This document shows positions 43,100 to 55,784 of a stretch of DNA of 56,032 bases, in pieces; the stretch's first letter is position 1, and every line of letters starts with the position of its first letter. Below the pieces are notes generated by a model that did no database searches, was not told the DNA's origin, and was given only the letters and a program-made list of their open reading frames with translations. The position numbers and the translations under genes were made by a program. Where the stretch lies: assembly GCA_045888315.1 (NCBI GenBank), contig JBGCVQ010000116.1:1-56032 (forward strand). Reading direction: 5' to 3'. Source of the stretch: Anaerolineales bacterium (GTDB taxonomy: Bacteria > Chloroflexota > Anaerolineae > Anaerolineales > UBA11858).

Positions 43100-44260
43100 C
43101 TAGAGCCATTTCCAGCTGGAGGGCTCGATCACCCGGTCCTTCCAGACCAGTTTCCCTCTCAAGCTGAGCCACAGGGAGCGTGCCGCTGAGAGCTCGTTGG
43201 CCAGCACTGTCACCGGGTATAGCAAAGCCAGCCAGGCTGGCAGTCCGAGGTGGATATAGGGGATGAGCCAGACCAGGATCGAGAGGCCCAGGCAGACCGC
43301 CAGGTCCCCCAGGTTCGCCCCGGGTGCCTTGCCAGCGATATTCATCAGCAGGAGGACCAGCGGTTCCAGAAAAAGGATCCCCAGCCACAGAAAGGCAAAG
43401 ATGAAGGGCAGGAGGCGGAACTCAAAAGCAGCAAATAGATTCTTGGAAAATCCCTCTAAGGCCTGGCTGCTGGTTCTGTACATGCGGCAGGAGATCAGGT
43501 CTGAAACCGAAACCACTCTCCAGCGGAATCCGTCACGGTGGATCTTTCTTGCCAGCGAGAGATCATCTACGATCGATTGGCTGACCCCAGCGTGCCCGCC
43601 AATCGCCCGGTAAGCTTCCTTGCGAAAGAGCATCATCTGGCCCACGGCGGTGGTGAAGATCGCTGAAGGTATCCGGTATGCCAGGCCAAGAGGAAAGAAC
43701 ACCAGGACTGCCCAGGAGAAGAACGGCACCAGTAATTTTTCCCCCCAGGTCTGAAGCACCTGGCGGGGATAGCCGGTGAGCAGGTCCGCACTCTCACCTT
43801 CCAGGGCGGCTGTGGCTTTTAGTAAAGTCTCAGGGTGGTGAACCGTATCTGCGTCAGTGAAGAACAGCAGCTCACCCCGCGCTGCATCAGCGAGCTGGCT
43901 GCAGGCCCAGTTCTTCCCGGGGTGCAGATCAGGCCCCGGCTGGCCTTCCAGCACGGTCAAGCGCGGTTCCCCCTGGGCGATCTCCTGGAGCACCCTCAGA
44001 GTGCCGTCGCTGGAACTGTCATCGAGCACGATGACTTCAAAATCCGGGTAGTCTTGGGCGAGGAGCGACTTGACGCAAGCCGTGATGTTCAATTCCTCGT
44101 TACGGGCTGGTACCAGGATGGAGACAGGGAGGAAAGCGGGGGGAGGGGAATGACGGCGTGCCTTGCGTGCCAGCATGATATTCCAAAGGGCAATGGCCAG
44201 GATCACTATCTGGAAGATGATCAAATGGACTATCAGGTCGCTGCTGAGATAACGGATCAT
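43100..44260 (-). CDS. GT2 glycosyltransferase, CrtQ/CruC-like
   Basis: VSILVPARNEE, DDSSSDGT, GKNWAC, FTDAD, GQ.MLF, DDLSLAR and CRMY motifs; C-terminal WKDR. Confidence 0.8.
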   Translation of the reverse strand: MIRYLSSDLIVHLIIFQIVILAIALWNIMLARKARRHSPPPAFLPVSILVPARNEELNITACVKSLLAQDYPDFEVIVLDDSSSDGTLRVLQEIAQGEPRLTVLEGQPGPDLHPGKNWACSQLADAARGELLFFTDADTVHHPETLLKATAALEGESADLLTGYPRQVLQTWGEKLLVPFFSWAVLVFFPLGLAYRIPSAIFTTAVGQMMLFRKEAYRAIGGHAGVSQSIVDDLSLARKIHRDGFRWRVVSVSDLISCRMYRTSSQALEGFSKNLFAAFEFRLLPFIFAFLWLGILFLEPLVLLLMNIAGKAPGANLGDLAVCLGLSILVWLIPYIHLGLPAWLALLYPVTVLANELSAARSLWLSLRGKLVWKDRVIEPSSWKWL

Positions 44261-44267
44261 CGAGAGT

Positions 44268-44876
44268 TTACCCAGGGTCTTTGCGGAGGAGCTTATACCA
44301 GCGTTGATGAAGGTGGGGCTTTTTCATGAGCTCCAGGCGGTGGCTCCAGGCCAGCAGGGCGGTCTGGCCAACCCAGACAAAAAGCAGGGTGGGGTCCGGG
44401 ATCCAGACCAGCAGGTTCAGCAGGATCACCCCCATCGCCAGCATGACCGCCCATCCCGGAGAACTGAAGATCAATATTCCAGCGACCACTCCCAGCACCG
44501 CGGGCAGTGAGGCTTGCCAGGTGGTGAGCCCGATCCACACGCCCAGAGCAGTGGCCAGGGCTTTTCCCCCCTTGAAATGCAGGAAAGGAGAGAACATATG
44601 CCCCAGCACAGGGGCCAGGGCGATCAAGACCAGACCCGGACCGTGGAGCCCAAGTATAAAGCGGCAGATGCCGACTGGAAGGGCTGCTTTACCAACATCC
44701 AATATCAAGGTTATAATTCCCAGCAGCGGACTTCCTGCGCGAAACAAGTTGGTTGCTCCTGGATTTCCGTCCCCAAAATCACGCACATCCACATCCAGGA
44801 AGAGCTTGCCAAGCCAGACGGAAAAGGGTAAGGAACCGCTGAGAAAAGCGAGTACAGACCAGGTGAAGTAAGCCAT
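44268..44876 (-). CDS. PlsY-family acyltransferase
   Basis: GSLPF, DVRDFGDGNPGATN and GHMFSPFLHFKGGKALA motifs. Start ATG 44876, 7 nt behind TGgTATGAT. Confidence 0.8.
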   Translation of the reverse strand: MAYFTWSVLAFLSGSLPFSVWLGKLFLDVDVRDFGDGNPGATNLFRAGSPLLGIITLILDVGKAALPVGICRFILGLHGPGLVLIALAPVLGHMFSPFLHFKGGKALATALGVWIGLTTWQASLPAVLGVVAGILIFSSPGWAVMLAMGVILLNLLVWIPDPTLLFVWVGQTALLAWSHRLELMKKPHLHQRWYKLLRKDPG

Positions 44877-45041
44877 CATTAAAATCATACCAAGATTAAG
44901 CCAAAAACTGGAGCCAGGCTTAGGATTACTCCCTTCTCTCTCCGCTTCTTGAATTCGACGCCGGCCTGCCGGGAAGTTTAGCAGCTTGAGCAAACACAAA
45001 TAGCCAAATGTATTACAAGTTCTCAAAGGTGCAGGTGTATT

Positions 45042-45503
45042 ATGGATAATTCGAACGACCGGACCGTTCTTGAACCTCTGACAGTTGAGAGGATCCGAGA
45101 ACTGTGGGGGAAAACCTACAACAAGGAAGGAAAGCCGGACTGGTCCCATTTGTTCCCTTACTATCACGACGAGATCGTCTTCCAGGACAGCATCCAGGTC
45201 GTTGAGGGAAAAAGCGATTTCATGGATCTCTGCCAGCGGCTGACTGACCGCTGTGAACAGCTCTCGATGGATATATACACGATTGCTGAGGCTCCGGGGT
45301 ACTTCCTGTTCGATTGGGAAATGGTGATGACTTTCCGGAAATGGCCCAGCTCATCCATTTATGGATCCACCAAGATCACCATCGCGGAAGACAACCGCAT
45401 CATTCGCCAGCGGGATTATTTTGACCTGTGGGGGGATATCTTCAATAACATCCCCTATTTCCATAAACCCTATCGCAGGTTCATGAAGCGCTATTTTGGC
45501 TAG
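45042..45503 (+). CDS. SnoaL/NTF2-like protein
   Basis: YYHDEIVFQDS and RIIRQRDYFD motifs. Confidence 0.75.
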   Translation: MDNSNDRTVLEPLTVERIRELWGKTYNKEGKPDWSHLFPYYHDEIVFQDSIQVVEGKSDFMDLCQRLTDRCEQLSMDIYTIAEAPGYFLFDWEMVMTFRKWPSSSIYGSTKITIAEDNRIIRQRDYFDLWGDIFNNIPYFHKPYRRFMKRYFG

Positions 45504-45539
45504 GAGTGGGAAGCTGATTCGGATCGAGGAGGATACCAG

Positions 45540-47111
45540 GTGCATGATGTGATCATCGTTGGCGGCGGTGTTGCAGGTTTGACGGCTGGGGCTTTCTTAG
45601 CCAAGAACAATCATCCCCCCGTGATCTTCGAAAAAGAAGCTCAATGCGGCGGGTTGGTGAACAGTTTCGAACGCGACGGCTTTGTGTATGATGGCGGCAT
45701 CCGGGCGCTGGATAATTCTGGGATCCTCTTTCCCATGCTCAAACAGCTCGGGTTGAAGCTGGAATGGGCCAAGAACCAGATCACAGTGGGGATCGAGGAT
45801 CAGGTCATCGCGATTGAATCAGCGGAGGACCTCTTTCGATATCGAGACCTGCTGCTGTCCTTCTATCCAGAGAGTGCCGAGGATATTCAGGCGATCGTGG
45901 ATAGCATGGAAGAGATCATGGGATACATGGATCTCCAGTACAGCATCGATAACCCGTCCTTCCTGGATGTCAAAAAGGACCTGGGTTATTTCGCGTCCAG
46001 AGTGCTGCCCTGGATGGTAAAGTACGCAATTGCCTTCCCCAAGATCGATCAGCTGGATCTCCCTGTAGAGTCATATTTAGCCCAATTCACCAGTAACCAA
46101 GCCCTGCTGGACATGATCACTCAGCATTTCTTCACTGAAACGCCCGCCTTTTTTGCCTTGGGCTACTTGAGAGTCTACCTGGATTACCATTATCCGCTGG
46201 GCGGCACCGGAAAGCTGACCCAGGAGCTGACAGAGTATATCCAGGAGAATTACGGCGCGATCTGCACCAGGACCCGGATCGTAGAAGTCGATCCGCTGCG
46301 GAAAACTGTCACAGACAGCGAAGGAAAGGTTTATTCCTTCCGCCAGCTGATCTGGGCAGCGGATCTTAAAGCTCTTTATCGATCCATTCCCCTCGACACG
46401 CTCCCAGCGGGAAATCTGAAAGAGGGCATCCTCCACAGGAAGTCCGAGCTGGAAGGGAAAACCGGCAATGATTCTGTCCTGACCCTCTATCTGGGCCTGG
46501 ACCTTGAGCCTGGCTACTTCTCGGAGATCGCCAGTGAGCATTTATTTTACAGTCCCAGGCGAGAAGGGGAATCCGCGGCGGGATCTCCTCCCCTGCAGGA
46601 AGGCCGCGGAGCGCTGGAAGGCTGGCTCAAAGAATTCCTGACCTACTCGACCTATGAGATCTCCATTCCGGTGCTGCGGGATCCTGCCCTGGCTCCCAGG
46701 GGAAGGACTGGTTTGATCATCAGCCTGCTGTTTGATTACCAGCTCACCAGGTTGATCCAGGAAGGTGGCTGGTACGAGGATTTCAAGGATCTCTGCCAGC
46801 AGGAGATCATCCGCATCCTGGATGGATCGATCTATCCTGGCATAAAGGACAAGGTCATTCACGGATTTGTGTCCACACCCCTGACGCTGGAATCCAGAAC
46901 GGCCAATACACAGGGCGCGATCACTGGCTGGTCTTTTACCAATCGCCCCCTGCCAGTCGAAAACCGCCTGCTGAAGGTCTTCAGCGCGACTCAAACGCCC
47001 ATCCCCGATATCTTTCAGGCCGGGCAGTGGACTTTCAGCCCCTCGGGACTTCCGATAGCCATCCTGACTGGCAAGCTGGCGGCTGACCAGGTCCTGAAAG
47101 CTTTGAAATAG
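45540..47111 (+). CDS. FAD-dependent oxidoreductase, phytoene desaturase/isomerase superfamily
   Basis: GGGVAGL, E...GG...F.RDGFVYDGG, YPLGG, STPLT and AGQW...G motifs. Confidence 0.8.
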   Translation: MHDVIIVGGGVAGLTAGAFLAKNNHPPVIFEKEAQCGGLVNSFERDGFVYDGGIRALDNSGILFPMLKQLGLKLEWAKNQITVGIEDQVIAIESAEDLFRYRDLLLSFYPESAEDIQAIVDSMEEIMGYMDLQYSIDNPSFLDVKKDLGYFASRVLPWMVKYAIAFPKIDQLDLPVESYLAQFTSNQALLDMITQHFFTETPAFFALGYLRVYLDYHYPLGGTGKLTQELTEYIQENYGAICTRTRIVEVDPLRKTVTDSEGKVYSFRQLIWAADLKALYRSIPLDTLPAGNLKEGILHRKSELEGKTGNDSVLTLYLGLDLEPGYFSEIASEHLFYSPRREGESAAGSPPLQEGRGALEGWLKEFLTYSTYEISIPVLRDPALAPRGRTGLIISLLFDYQLTRLIQEGGWYEDFKDLCQQEIIRILDGSIYPGIKDKVIHGFVSTPLTLESRTANTQGAITGWSFTNRPLPVENRLLKVFSATQTPIPDIFQAGQWTFSPSGLPIAILTGKLAADQVLKALK

Positions 47112-47292
47112 CGGGGTAGAAGAGGGACGGCGCGGTTTCTAGGTCCGGCTGCAGGGCCATGGAACCAGATCTTCGGAGGTTCTTCAAAGTCGGATATGTG
47201 ATCTAATCGCCCAGGGCAGAACCAGTCTAGGATGCCTTGATTTTGCAGTGGACCTGCTACGCCCGGGCGACAGATCTTGAGGAGACTTGTAA

Positions 47293-50421
<3,129 letters not shown>

Positions 50422-50561
50422 CCCGCACTCGCCCAAATCTACCTATTGCTATCCTCAGTGAAGTTCCTGACCATGGATCAGACCTTAATTACATTCCTGT
50501 AAAACAACCTAGCGCGCCTTGTTACAGAGATGTAGAATGAACACAATCAAGGAAGTGCCAG

Positions 50562-51263
50562 GTGTCCATTCCCAAAGCATCGTTGGCAGCTCTGGGGGAT
50601 ATCCATTATTCTGTGGAACATATAATGACCCAAAAAGTGACTGGAATTGTGATGCTGGTAGGTAATCAAGGGGTTGGCAAGACAGCTGTCCCCAAAGTCC
50701 TGGACCTGGTCAGCAGGGGAGAAATACCAGGCGGCGACCTGTTAGACAGCATCCGCAAGACCAATACTCTCGAATACGAGTACTTGACAACCCAGCAGCA
50801 TTTGGCTGGTGAGGACTATGCAGTCACTCTTCAGTTCCTGGTTCCGCCAGGTAAGAAACGGGGGGAGGGAGATCCTGCAGGCAGATCGTTCGAAGATGTG
50901 ATCGAGATCTTCAAGCCCACCATTCACCGCCTGGATGTGGTGCTGTTCACTTATGATCTCACCAGCAAGGAAAGCTTCCAGGGCTTGGCGTACTGGATCG
51001 ATGGAGTGGAGGATCTGCTCAACGATGCCTCACATTTCATTCTGCTGGGCACTCATCTGGACAAGACTGACCTGGTTGAGGTTACCAAGCAGGATATCGA
51101 ACAGGGTTTGGAACATCTGGCATCGGAAATTCGCTCCAAGCGCCCTGGCTGGAAGGGGAATTTCGCGCATCTGGAGGTCTCCAATCTGACGGGGGAAAAC
51201 CTGGAATCCTTGATATTCTATCTGGCTGGAAGCGTGGTAAGTTCCCGGCAAATGCAGGACTGA
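50562..51263 (+). CDS. Ras-superfamily small GTPase-like protein (Rab/Roc-like)
   Basis: G1 GNQGVGKT, YDLTSKESF..L..W, G4 GTHLD and G5 EVSNLTGENL. Start may be ATG 50625. Confidence 0.7.
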   Translation: MSIPKASLAALGDIHYSVEHIMTQKVTGIVMLVGNQGVGKTAVPKVLDLVSRGEIPGGDLLDSIRKTNTLEYEYLTTQQHLAGEDYAVTLQFLVPPGKKRGEGDPAGRSFEDVIEIFKPTIHRLDVVLFTYDLTSKESFQGLAYWIDGVEDLLNDASHFILLGTHLDKTDLVEVTKQDIEQGLEHLASEIRSKRPGWKGNFAHLEVSNLTGENLESLIFYLAGSVVSSRQMQD

Positions 51264-51418
51264 CCGCGCCTGGTCGGTTCCAAATCCATCTCACTTCTCA
51301 TTTTCGGTGACCAGTTGATCCGGATTTGCATAGGTCGCAGGTTTCTTGGGATTGTAAGATTCCAACCTTTCTTCTCATCTATAGTGGTGACAGGACAGAC
51401 AACAAGCGAGGTATTACT

Positions 51419-52381
51419 ATGCAGTTAACCGGTATTCATCATGTGACCGCAGTCAGCGCCAGGATCGCGGATAACATGGATTTCTATACGGCAGTGCTTG
51501 GTTTGCGGCTGGTCAAACGGTCGGTCAACCAGGATGATGTCTCAGCTTACCACTTGTTCTATGCTGATAAATTGGGCTCCCCTGGTACGGATATGACCTT
51601 CTTCGATTGGCCCCGGATTGGAGCGGACCTGCGGGGAACGGACAGCATAGCCGGTACAGCCTTTCGGGTGTCCAGCCGGGAAGCTCTGGAATTCTGGGCA
51701 GAGAGATTTGACAAGCTGTCCGTGAAACGAGGGCAGATCAGTGCCTTTGCCGAACGGGATCTGCTGCCTTTCGAGGATCCGGAAGGTCAGCAGCTCTATC
51801 TGGTGAACGACCGCGGGGCAGATTTCGAAGGAGAGATCTGGCCCCATCCTGAAATACCCGATGAGTATGCGCTGCGTGGTTTCTACAGTGTGGTGCTGTT
51901 AGTGCCAGAGAGGACGCAGTTGAGCTGGATCTTCAAGGAGATCCTGGGATTCTCAGAGGTGCTCCAGGCGAACTGGACCGATGGGACCACCCCCGCTGCG
52001 ATATTCTCGACCAACTCGGCGGGTGGGCCGGGAAGGGAAGTCTGGCTCCTGGAAGATCCAGAATCTCCCCGGGCCCGTCTGGGAGCCGGGGGGACACATC
52101 ATGTCGCGTTCCGGGTGGGCGATGTGGAAAAGCAGATCGATTGGCTGGAGCGCCTGCAGAAGGCTGGTTTGAACGTCAGTCCCCAGATCGACCGCTTCTG
52201 GTTCAAATCCATCTATTTCCGGGTCACACCCGGGATCCTGTTCGAGATCGCTACGGACGGGCCTGGCTTTGCCATCGACGAGCATCCAGAAAGCTTGGGG
52301 GAGAATCTGGTCCTGCCACCCTTCCTGGAAGGCCGGCGGCAAGAGATCGAGGCTGGCTTAGTACCCCTCCCTGGAGGATAA
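51419..52381 (+). CDS. Ring-cleaving dioxygenase/VOC protein (MhqA/MhqO-like)
   Basis: GIHHVT, LVKRSVNQDD, HHVAFR, DRFWFKSIYF and FEIATDGPGF motifs. Confidence 0.9.
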   Translation: MQLTGIHHVTAVSARIADNMDFYTAVLGLRLVKRSVNQDDVSAYHLFYADKLGSPGTDMTFFDWPRIGADLRGTDSIAGTAFRVSSREALEFWAERFDKLSVKRGQISAFAERDLLPFEDPEGQQLYLVNDRGADFEGEIWPHPEIPDEYALRGFYSVVLLVPERTQLSWIFKEILGFSEVLQANWTDGTTPAAIFSTNSAGGPGREVWLLEDPESPRARLGAGGTHHVAFRVGDVEKQIDWLERLQKAGLNVSPQIDRFWFKSIYFRVTPGILFEIATDGPGFAIDEHPESLGENLVLPPFLEGRRQEIEAGLVPLPGG

Positions 52382-52384
52382 AGA

Positions 52385-53020
52385 ATGAGTTTCGATGTCC
52401 ATCAAGGGCAGCCGATCCTGCAGGCGGGGGAAAGTATGGAAAGGGCTGATCGGCTGGTGATCCTGCTTCACGGCAGGGGCGCGACAGCCGAAAGCATGCT
52501 GAGTTTGTCTGAATCCCTTCAGTCCGCGAATACCTGCTTCTGGTTGCCCCAGGCGGCGGGAAATCGCTGGTATCCTAATACTGCGTTTGGCCCCCTAGAG
52601 CCCAACGAGCCAGACCTGTCTTCTGCCCTGTCCCTGGTTTCCAATTTGATCGATCAGGCAGCAGCAGCGGGAATATCCAAAGAATCCATCCTGCTGGGAG
52701 GTTTTTCCCAGGGCGCTTGCCTGGCCGCTGAATACCTGGTCCGGAACCCTGATCGCTATGGAGGCTTGTTCGTGTTCAGCGGTGCGCTGATCGGTCCCCC
52801 GGGGAAGGTGCGCGTGCTTATTGGTGATTTACGCGAGACACCCGCCTTTCTAGGATTGGGGGACAGGGATCCCTGGGTCGCATTGGATGTTTTTGAGGAA
52901 GCCGGTCGGGTCATCACAGATCTGGGCGGCTTGGTTGATAAACGGATTTACCCTGGCATGGGTCACACGATCAATCAAGAGGAGATCGAATTAGTGCGCC
53001 AGATGATCGCCTCTGCCTGA
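52385..53020 (+). CDS. Phospholipase/carboxylesterase (MhqD-like)
   Basis: LLHGRG, GFSQG, D and GMGH catalytic motifs. Confidence 0.88.
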   Translation: MSFDVHQGQPILQAGESMERADRLVILLHGRGATAESMLSLSESLQSANTCFWLPQAAGNRWYPNTAFGPLEPNEPDLSSALSLVSNLIDQAAAAGISKESILLGGFSQGACLAAEYLVRNPDRYGGLFVFSGALIGPPGKVRVLIGDLRETPAFLGLGDRDPWVALDVFEEAGRVITDLGGLVDKRIYPGMGHTINQEEIELVRQMIASA

Positions 53021-53046
53021 ATGTTGAATGAGAGAGGACATCACTT

Positions 53047-53967
53047 ATGACGGTACATTGGACAGCGGAGAATATCCCAGACTTAACGGGAAAGGTGATC
53101 GTAGTGACCGGGGCGAACAGCGGTATCGGGCGGGAAGCTGCCCGGGAGCTGGCCCGGAAAGGCGCTGAAGTGATCATGGCCTGCAGGGATCAGACAAAAG
53201 CGCAGGCCGCCTTGCAGGACATCAAAGGAGAGATACCCGAGGCCAGGCTGGCCTCACTCACTCTCGACCTGGCAGACCTGGCTTCGATCAAGAGGTTTGC
53301 GGAGGAGTTCAGAAACCGCTATGATCGACTGGATGTTCTCCTCAACAATGCGGGGATCATGCTCGTCCCTTATGGACGGACCACAGATGGCTTTGAAAGG
53401 CAGTTCGGAACCAATCACCTGGGACATTTCGCGCTGACAGGCCATTTGATCGATCTGATCCTGGAAACGCCCGGGTCGAGGGTTGTTAACATCAGCAGTA
53501 ACGCCCATTACGGGGGAGAAATGGATTTTAACGATCTACAATTCGAGCATGGCGGCTATAAATCCATGAAAGCCTACAGCCGTTCTAAACTGGCAAATTT
53601 GCTTTTCACCTATGAACTGCAACGGCGTTTTGAACGCCGGGGAGCGAAGTCCCTGGCGCTGGCAGCCCATCCCGGTATCTCAGCGACCGGTCTGGCTGAC
53701 CACTTCCTGCAAGGCCGTGCGGTGTGGTTGATCCAGGGCATCATGAAGGTCCTGTTCCAGAGCGCCGAGATGGGTGCCCTTCCGGGCTTACGGGCCGCAA
53801 CCGATCCCCATGCTCAGGGAGGCAGTTATTATGGTCCTGGCGGCAAGGGAGAAAGAGCTGGTTTCCCTAAGGTGGTCTCCTCTAACCAGGTATCACGCAG
53901 TGAGGTGGATGCCGCTCGATTGTGGTCGATCTCGGAAGAGCTGACCGGCGTGAGCTTCCTGTCCTGA
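53047..53967 (+). CDS. Short-chain dehydrogenase/reductase (retinol-dehydrogenase-like)
   Basis: TGANSGIG, NNAG, NHLGHF and YSRSK motifs. Confidence 0.9.
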   Translation: MTVHWTAENIPDLTGKVIVVTGANSGIGREAARELARKGAEVIMACRDQTKAQAALQDIKGEIPEARLASLTLDLADLASIKRFAEEFRNRYDRLDVLLNNAGIMLVPYGRTTDGFERQFGTNHLGHFALTGHLIDLILETPGSRVVNISSNAHYGGEMDFNDLQFEHGGYKSMKAYSRSKLANLLFTYELQRRFERRGAKSLALAAHPGISATGLADHFLQGRAVWLIQGIMKVLFQSAEMGALPGLRAATDPHAQGGSYYGPGGKGERAGFPKVVSSNQVSRSEVDAARLWSISEELTGVSFLS

Positions 53968-54000
53968 TAGGTGTCTGAAAGACCTGGTGTGCCTGAAAAA

Positions 54001-54045
54001 TAACAGATGCCGGCTTCCAGGTAAATTGGGGCCGGCATCTTGTTA
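54001..54045. terminator. Hairpin between convergent genes
   Basis: AGATGCCGGC/GCCGGCATCT stem. Confidence 0.65.
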
Positions 54046-54066
54046 ATTCGGCGTGCTTTCAGTTGT

Positions 54067-55551
54067 CTAGATTTCCTGGTTGCCTTTCTTCTCCCTCTTG
54101 GCCAGGATCCCCGGGAAGAAGATAAAGAAGATGTATCCTGCCAGGCTCGCGTACCCCAGCCAATCGTTGCCCAGCTGGGTGTAGAGTGATCGCCTCTGGG
54201 CTGGAACCACGTCCGCCAGGATCACCTGGCTGCTGCCTTGATTGCTGCGGATATCGGCCACGATCCTGCCGTGAGAATCTGTGATCATGGAGTAGAAGCC
54301 GCGGTCGGCATTGATGACTGGGACCTGGTTTTCTACTGAGCGCATGACAAAGTGAGTCCAGTTCTGCTCCGAGATCCCCACAGTGGTGTCATAGCTGGGG
54401 ATTCCCAGGAGCTGAGCCCCCCGGCTGACCGTTCTCCGGGCCGAGTCCGTGAAAACCCCATCCATGCAGATGATCGATCCCAGTTTCCCGTAAGGCGTGG
54501 GATTGATGGGATAGGTGCCTGCAGTTGCCGTGGGGGGCTCCCCGAAGGCATGCTGTTTGCCGTAGATGGGTGAAAAGTCTCCCTCGGGGCTGATCAGCAC
54601 GGTCTCGTTATGCCAGCCGGCGTCATCATGGTAGGCGTAGGTGAAATACAGGTAGGTCCCTGCCTGTGCGACCATGTCCAGGATCCTATCTGTGTACCTG
54701 GTCTGGGGATCGAAACCGAAAGCCATTTCCGGGACGTAGGCAATCTTTGCGCCTTTCTCGGCAGCCTCTTGCAGGAGGCTGCCCAGCAGGTCCAGGCGCG
54801 CTTCTTGCCCGGCGTCATCGACCTGGTGTCCGGGATCAGCGATATCCATCTGCAGGGCTGCCACCCGGACGGTATTGGCGCTGTCTGGTTGTTGATTGAG
54901 AATGATCAGGCTGAGTCCGATCCAGGCCGTCAGGATAACCCCGGCTGCGATCAGCCAGCTGCGGGATTGTCCGGGATCTGCTGGAATGACCTCATCTGAA
55001 GGCCATTTACGGTCTATCCAGACGATTGCTGCCTGGGCGAGGGCAAAGTTGACCAGGATCACCACCAGGTTCAAGCCGTAGATGCTGAAGATCGATACCG
55101 GCTGGACCAACCAAGCTTGGCCTGCCAGCGGGTTGGCCACAAATCCCATCGTGCCCAAGAAAGGGATGAAGCTGCGGATCATCTCGAAGCCTACCCAGGC
55201 AAATAAGCCCTGCAGGACAAACCAGCGAAATCCCGTTCTCTCGTTGAATTTCCTATCTGTGCTGGTGAAAAAGGTGAAAACCGCAATCAGCAAACCCATA
55301 TGCAGGAGCCAGAAGGGGGCTCCTTCGATATTGAAGATCCGGTATAAGAAAGGCCAGAGCCAGATCCCAAGGGCGATGGTGGGTGCCAGAGCTGACCATT
55401 TCAACGGGAAGAGGCGGTGCTGGGCGATCAGGTAGAGGGTGACCGCAATGAAGATCAGGGGCCAGATGTTCAAGGGGGGGAAAGCCAGATAAAAACAAGC
55501 GCCACTGGCCAGGGATAGAATGATGCCAATGATGGTTCGCTTGGATCTCAT
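54067..55551 (-). CDS. Apolipoprotein N-acyltransferase-like membrane nitrilase
   Basis: N-terminal TMs (LAFPP, WVGFEMIRS, SIYGL) and an E-K-C triad (VPE, YGKQH, ICMD); AGGAGG SD before ATG 55551. Confidence 0.75.
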   Translation of the reverse strand: MRSKRTIIGIILSLASGACFYLAFPPLNIWPLIFIAVTLYLIAQHRLFPLKWSALAPTIALGIWLWPFLYRIFNIEGAPFWLLHMGLLIAVFTFFTSTDRKFNERTGFRWFVLQGLFAWVGFEMIRSFIPFLGTMGFVANPLAGQAWLVQPVSIFSIYGLNLVVILVNFALAQAAIVWIDRKWPSDEVIPADPGQSRSWLIAAGVILTAWIGLSLIILNQQPDSANTVRVAALQMDIADPGHQVDDAGQEARLDLLGSLLQEAAEKGAKIAYVPEMAFGFDPQTRYTDRILDMVAQAGTYLYFTYAYHDDAGWHNETVLISPEGDFSPIYGKQHAFGEPPTATAGTYPINPTPYGKLGSIICMDGVFTDSARRTVSRGAQLLGIPSYDTTVGISEQNWTHFVMRSVENQVPVINADRGFYSMITDSHGRIVADIRSNQGSSQVILADVVPAQRRSLYTQLGNDWLGYASLAGYIFFIFFPGILAKREKKGNQEI

Positions 55552-55705
55552 ATCATCCTCCTTTTTTATGGATACTGAGGGTGGGACATGCCAATACGCC
55601 GGGTTTATCAAGGTGGATCCCTGCCTGTTCAAGACGCAGGGATCAGGGATCATGGGAGTTATCCACCACCGATAAATTCTATTTGGCTTCGGAGATCCAT
55701 TGAAT

Positions 55706-55736
55706 GAAAATAGGAAGGGGGGTTAGCCCTTCCTAT
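55706..55736 (-). terminator. Intrinsic terminator
   Basis: ATAGGAAGGG/CCCTTCCTAT stem followed by a U-run on the minus strand. Confidence 0.7.
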
Positions 55737-55784
55737 ATCATACATTAATATCGAACCTGGGCAAACACCCCCCTCGCTCGGTCC

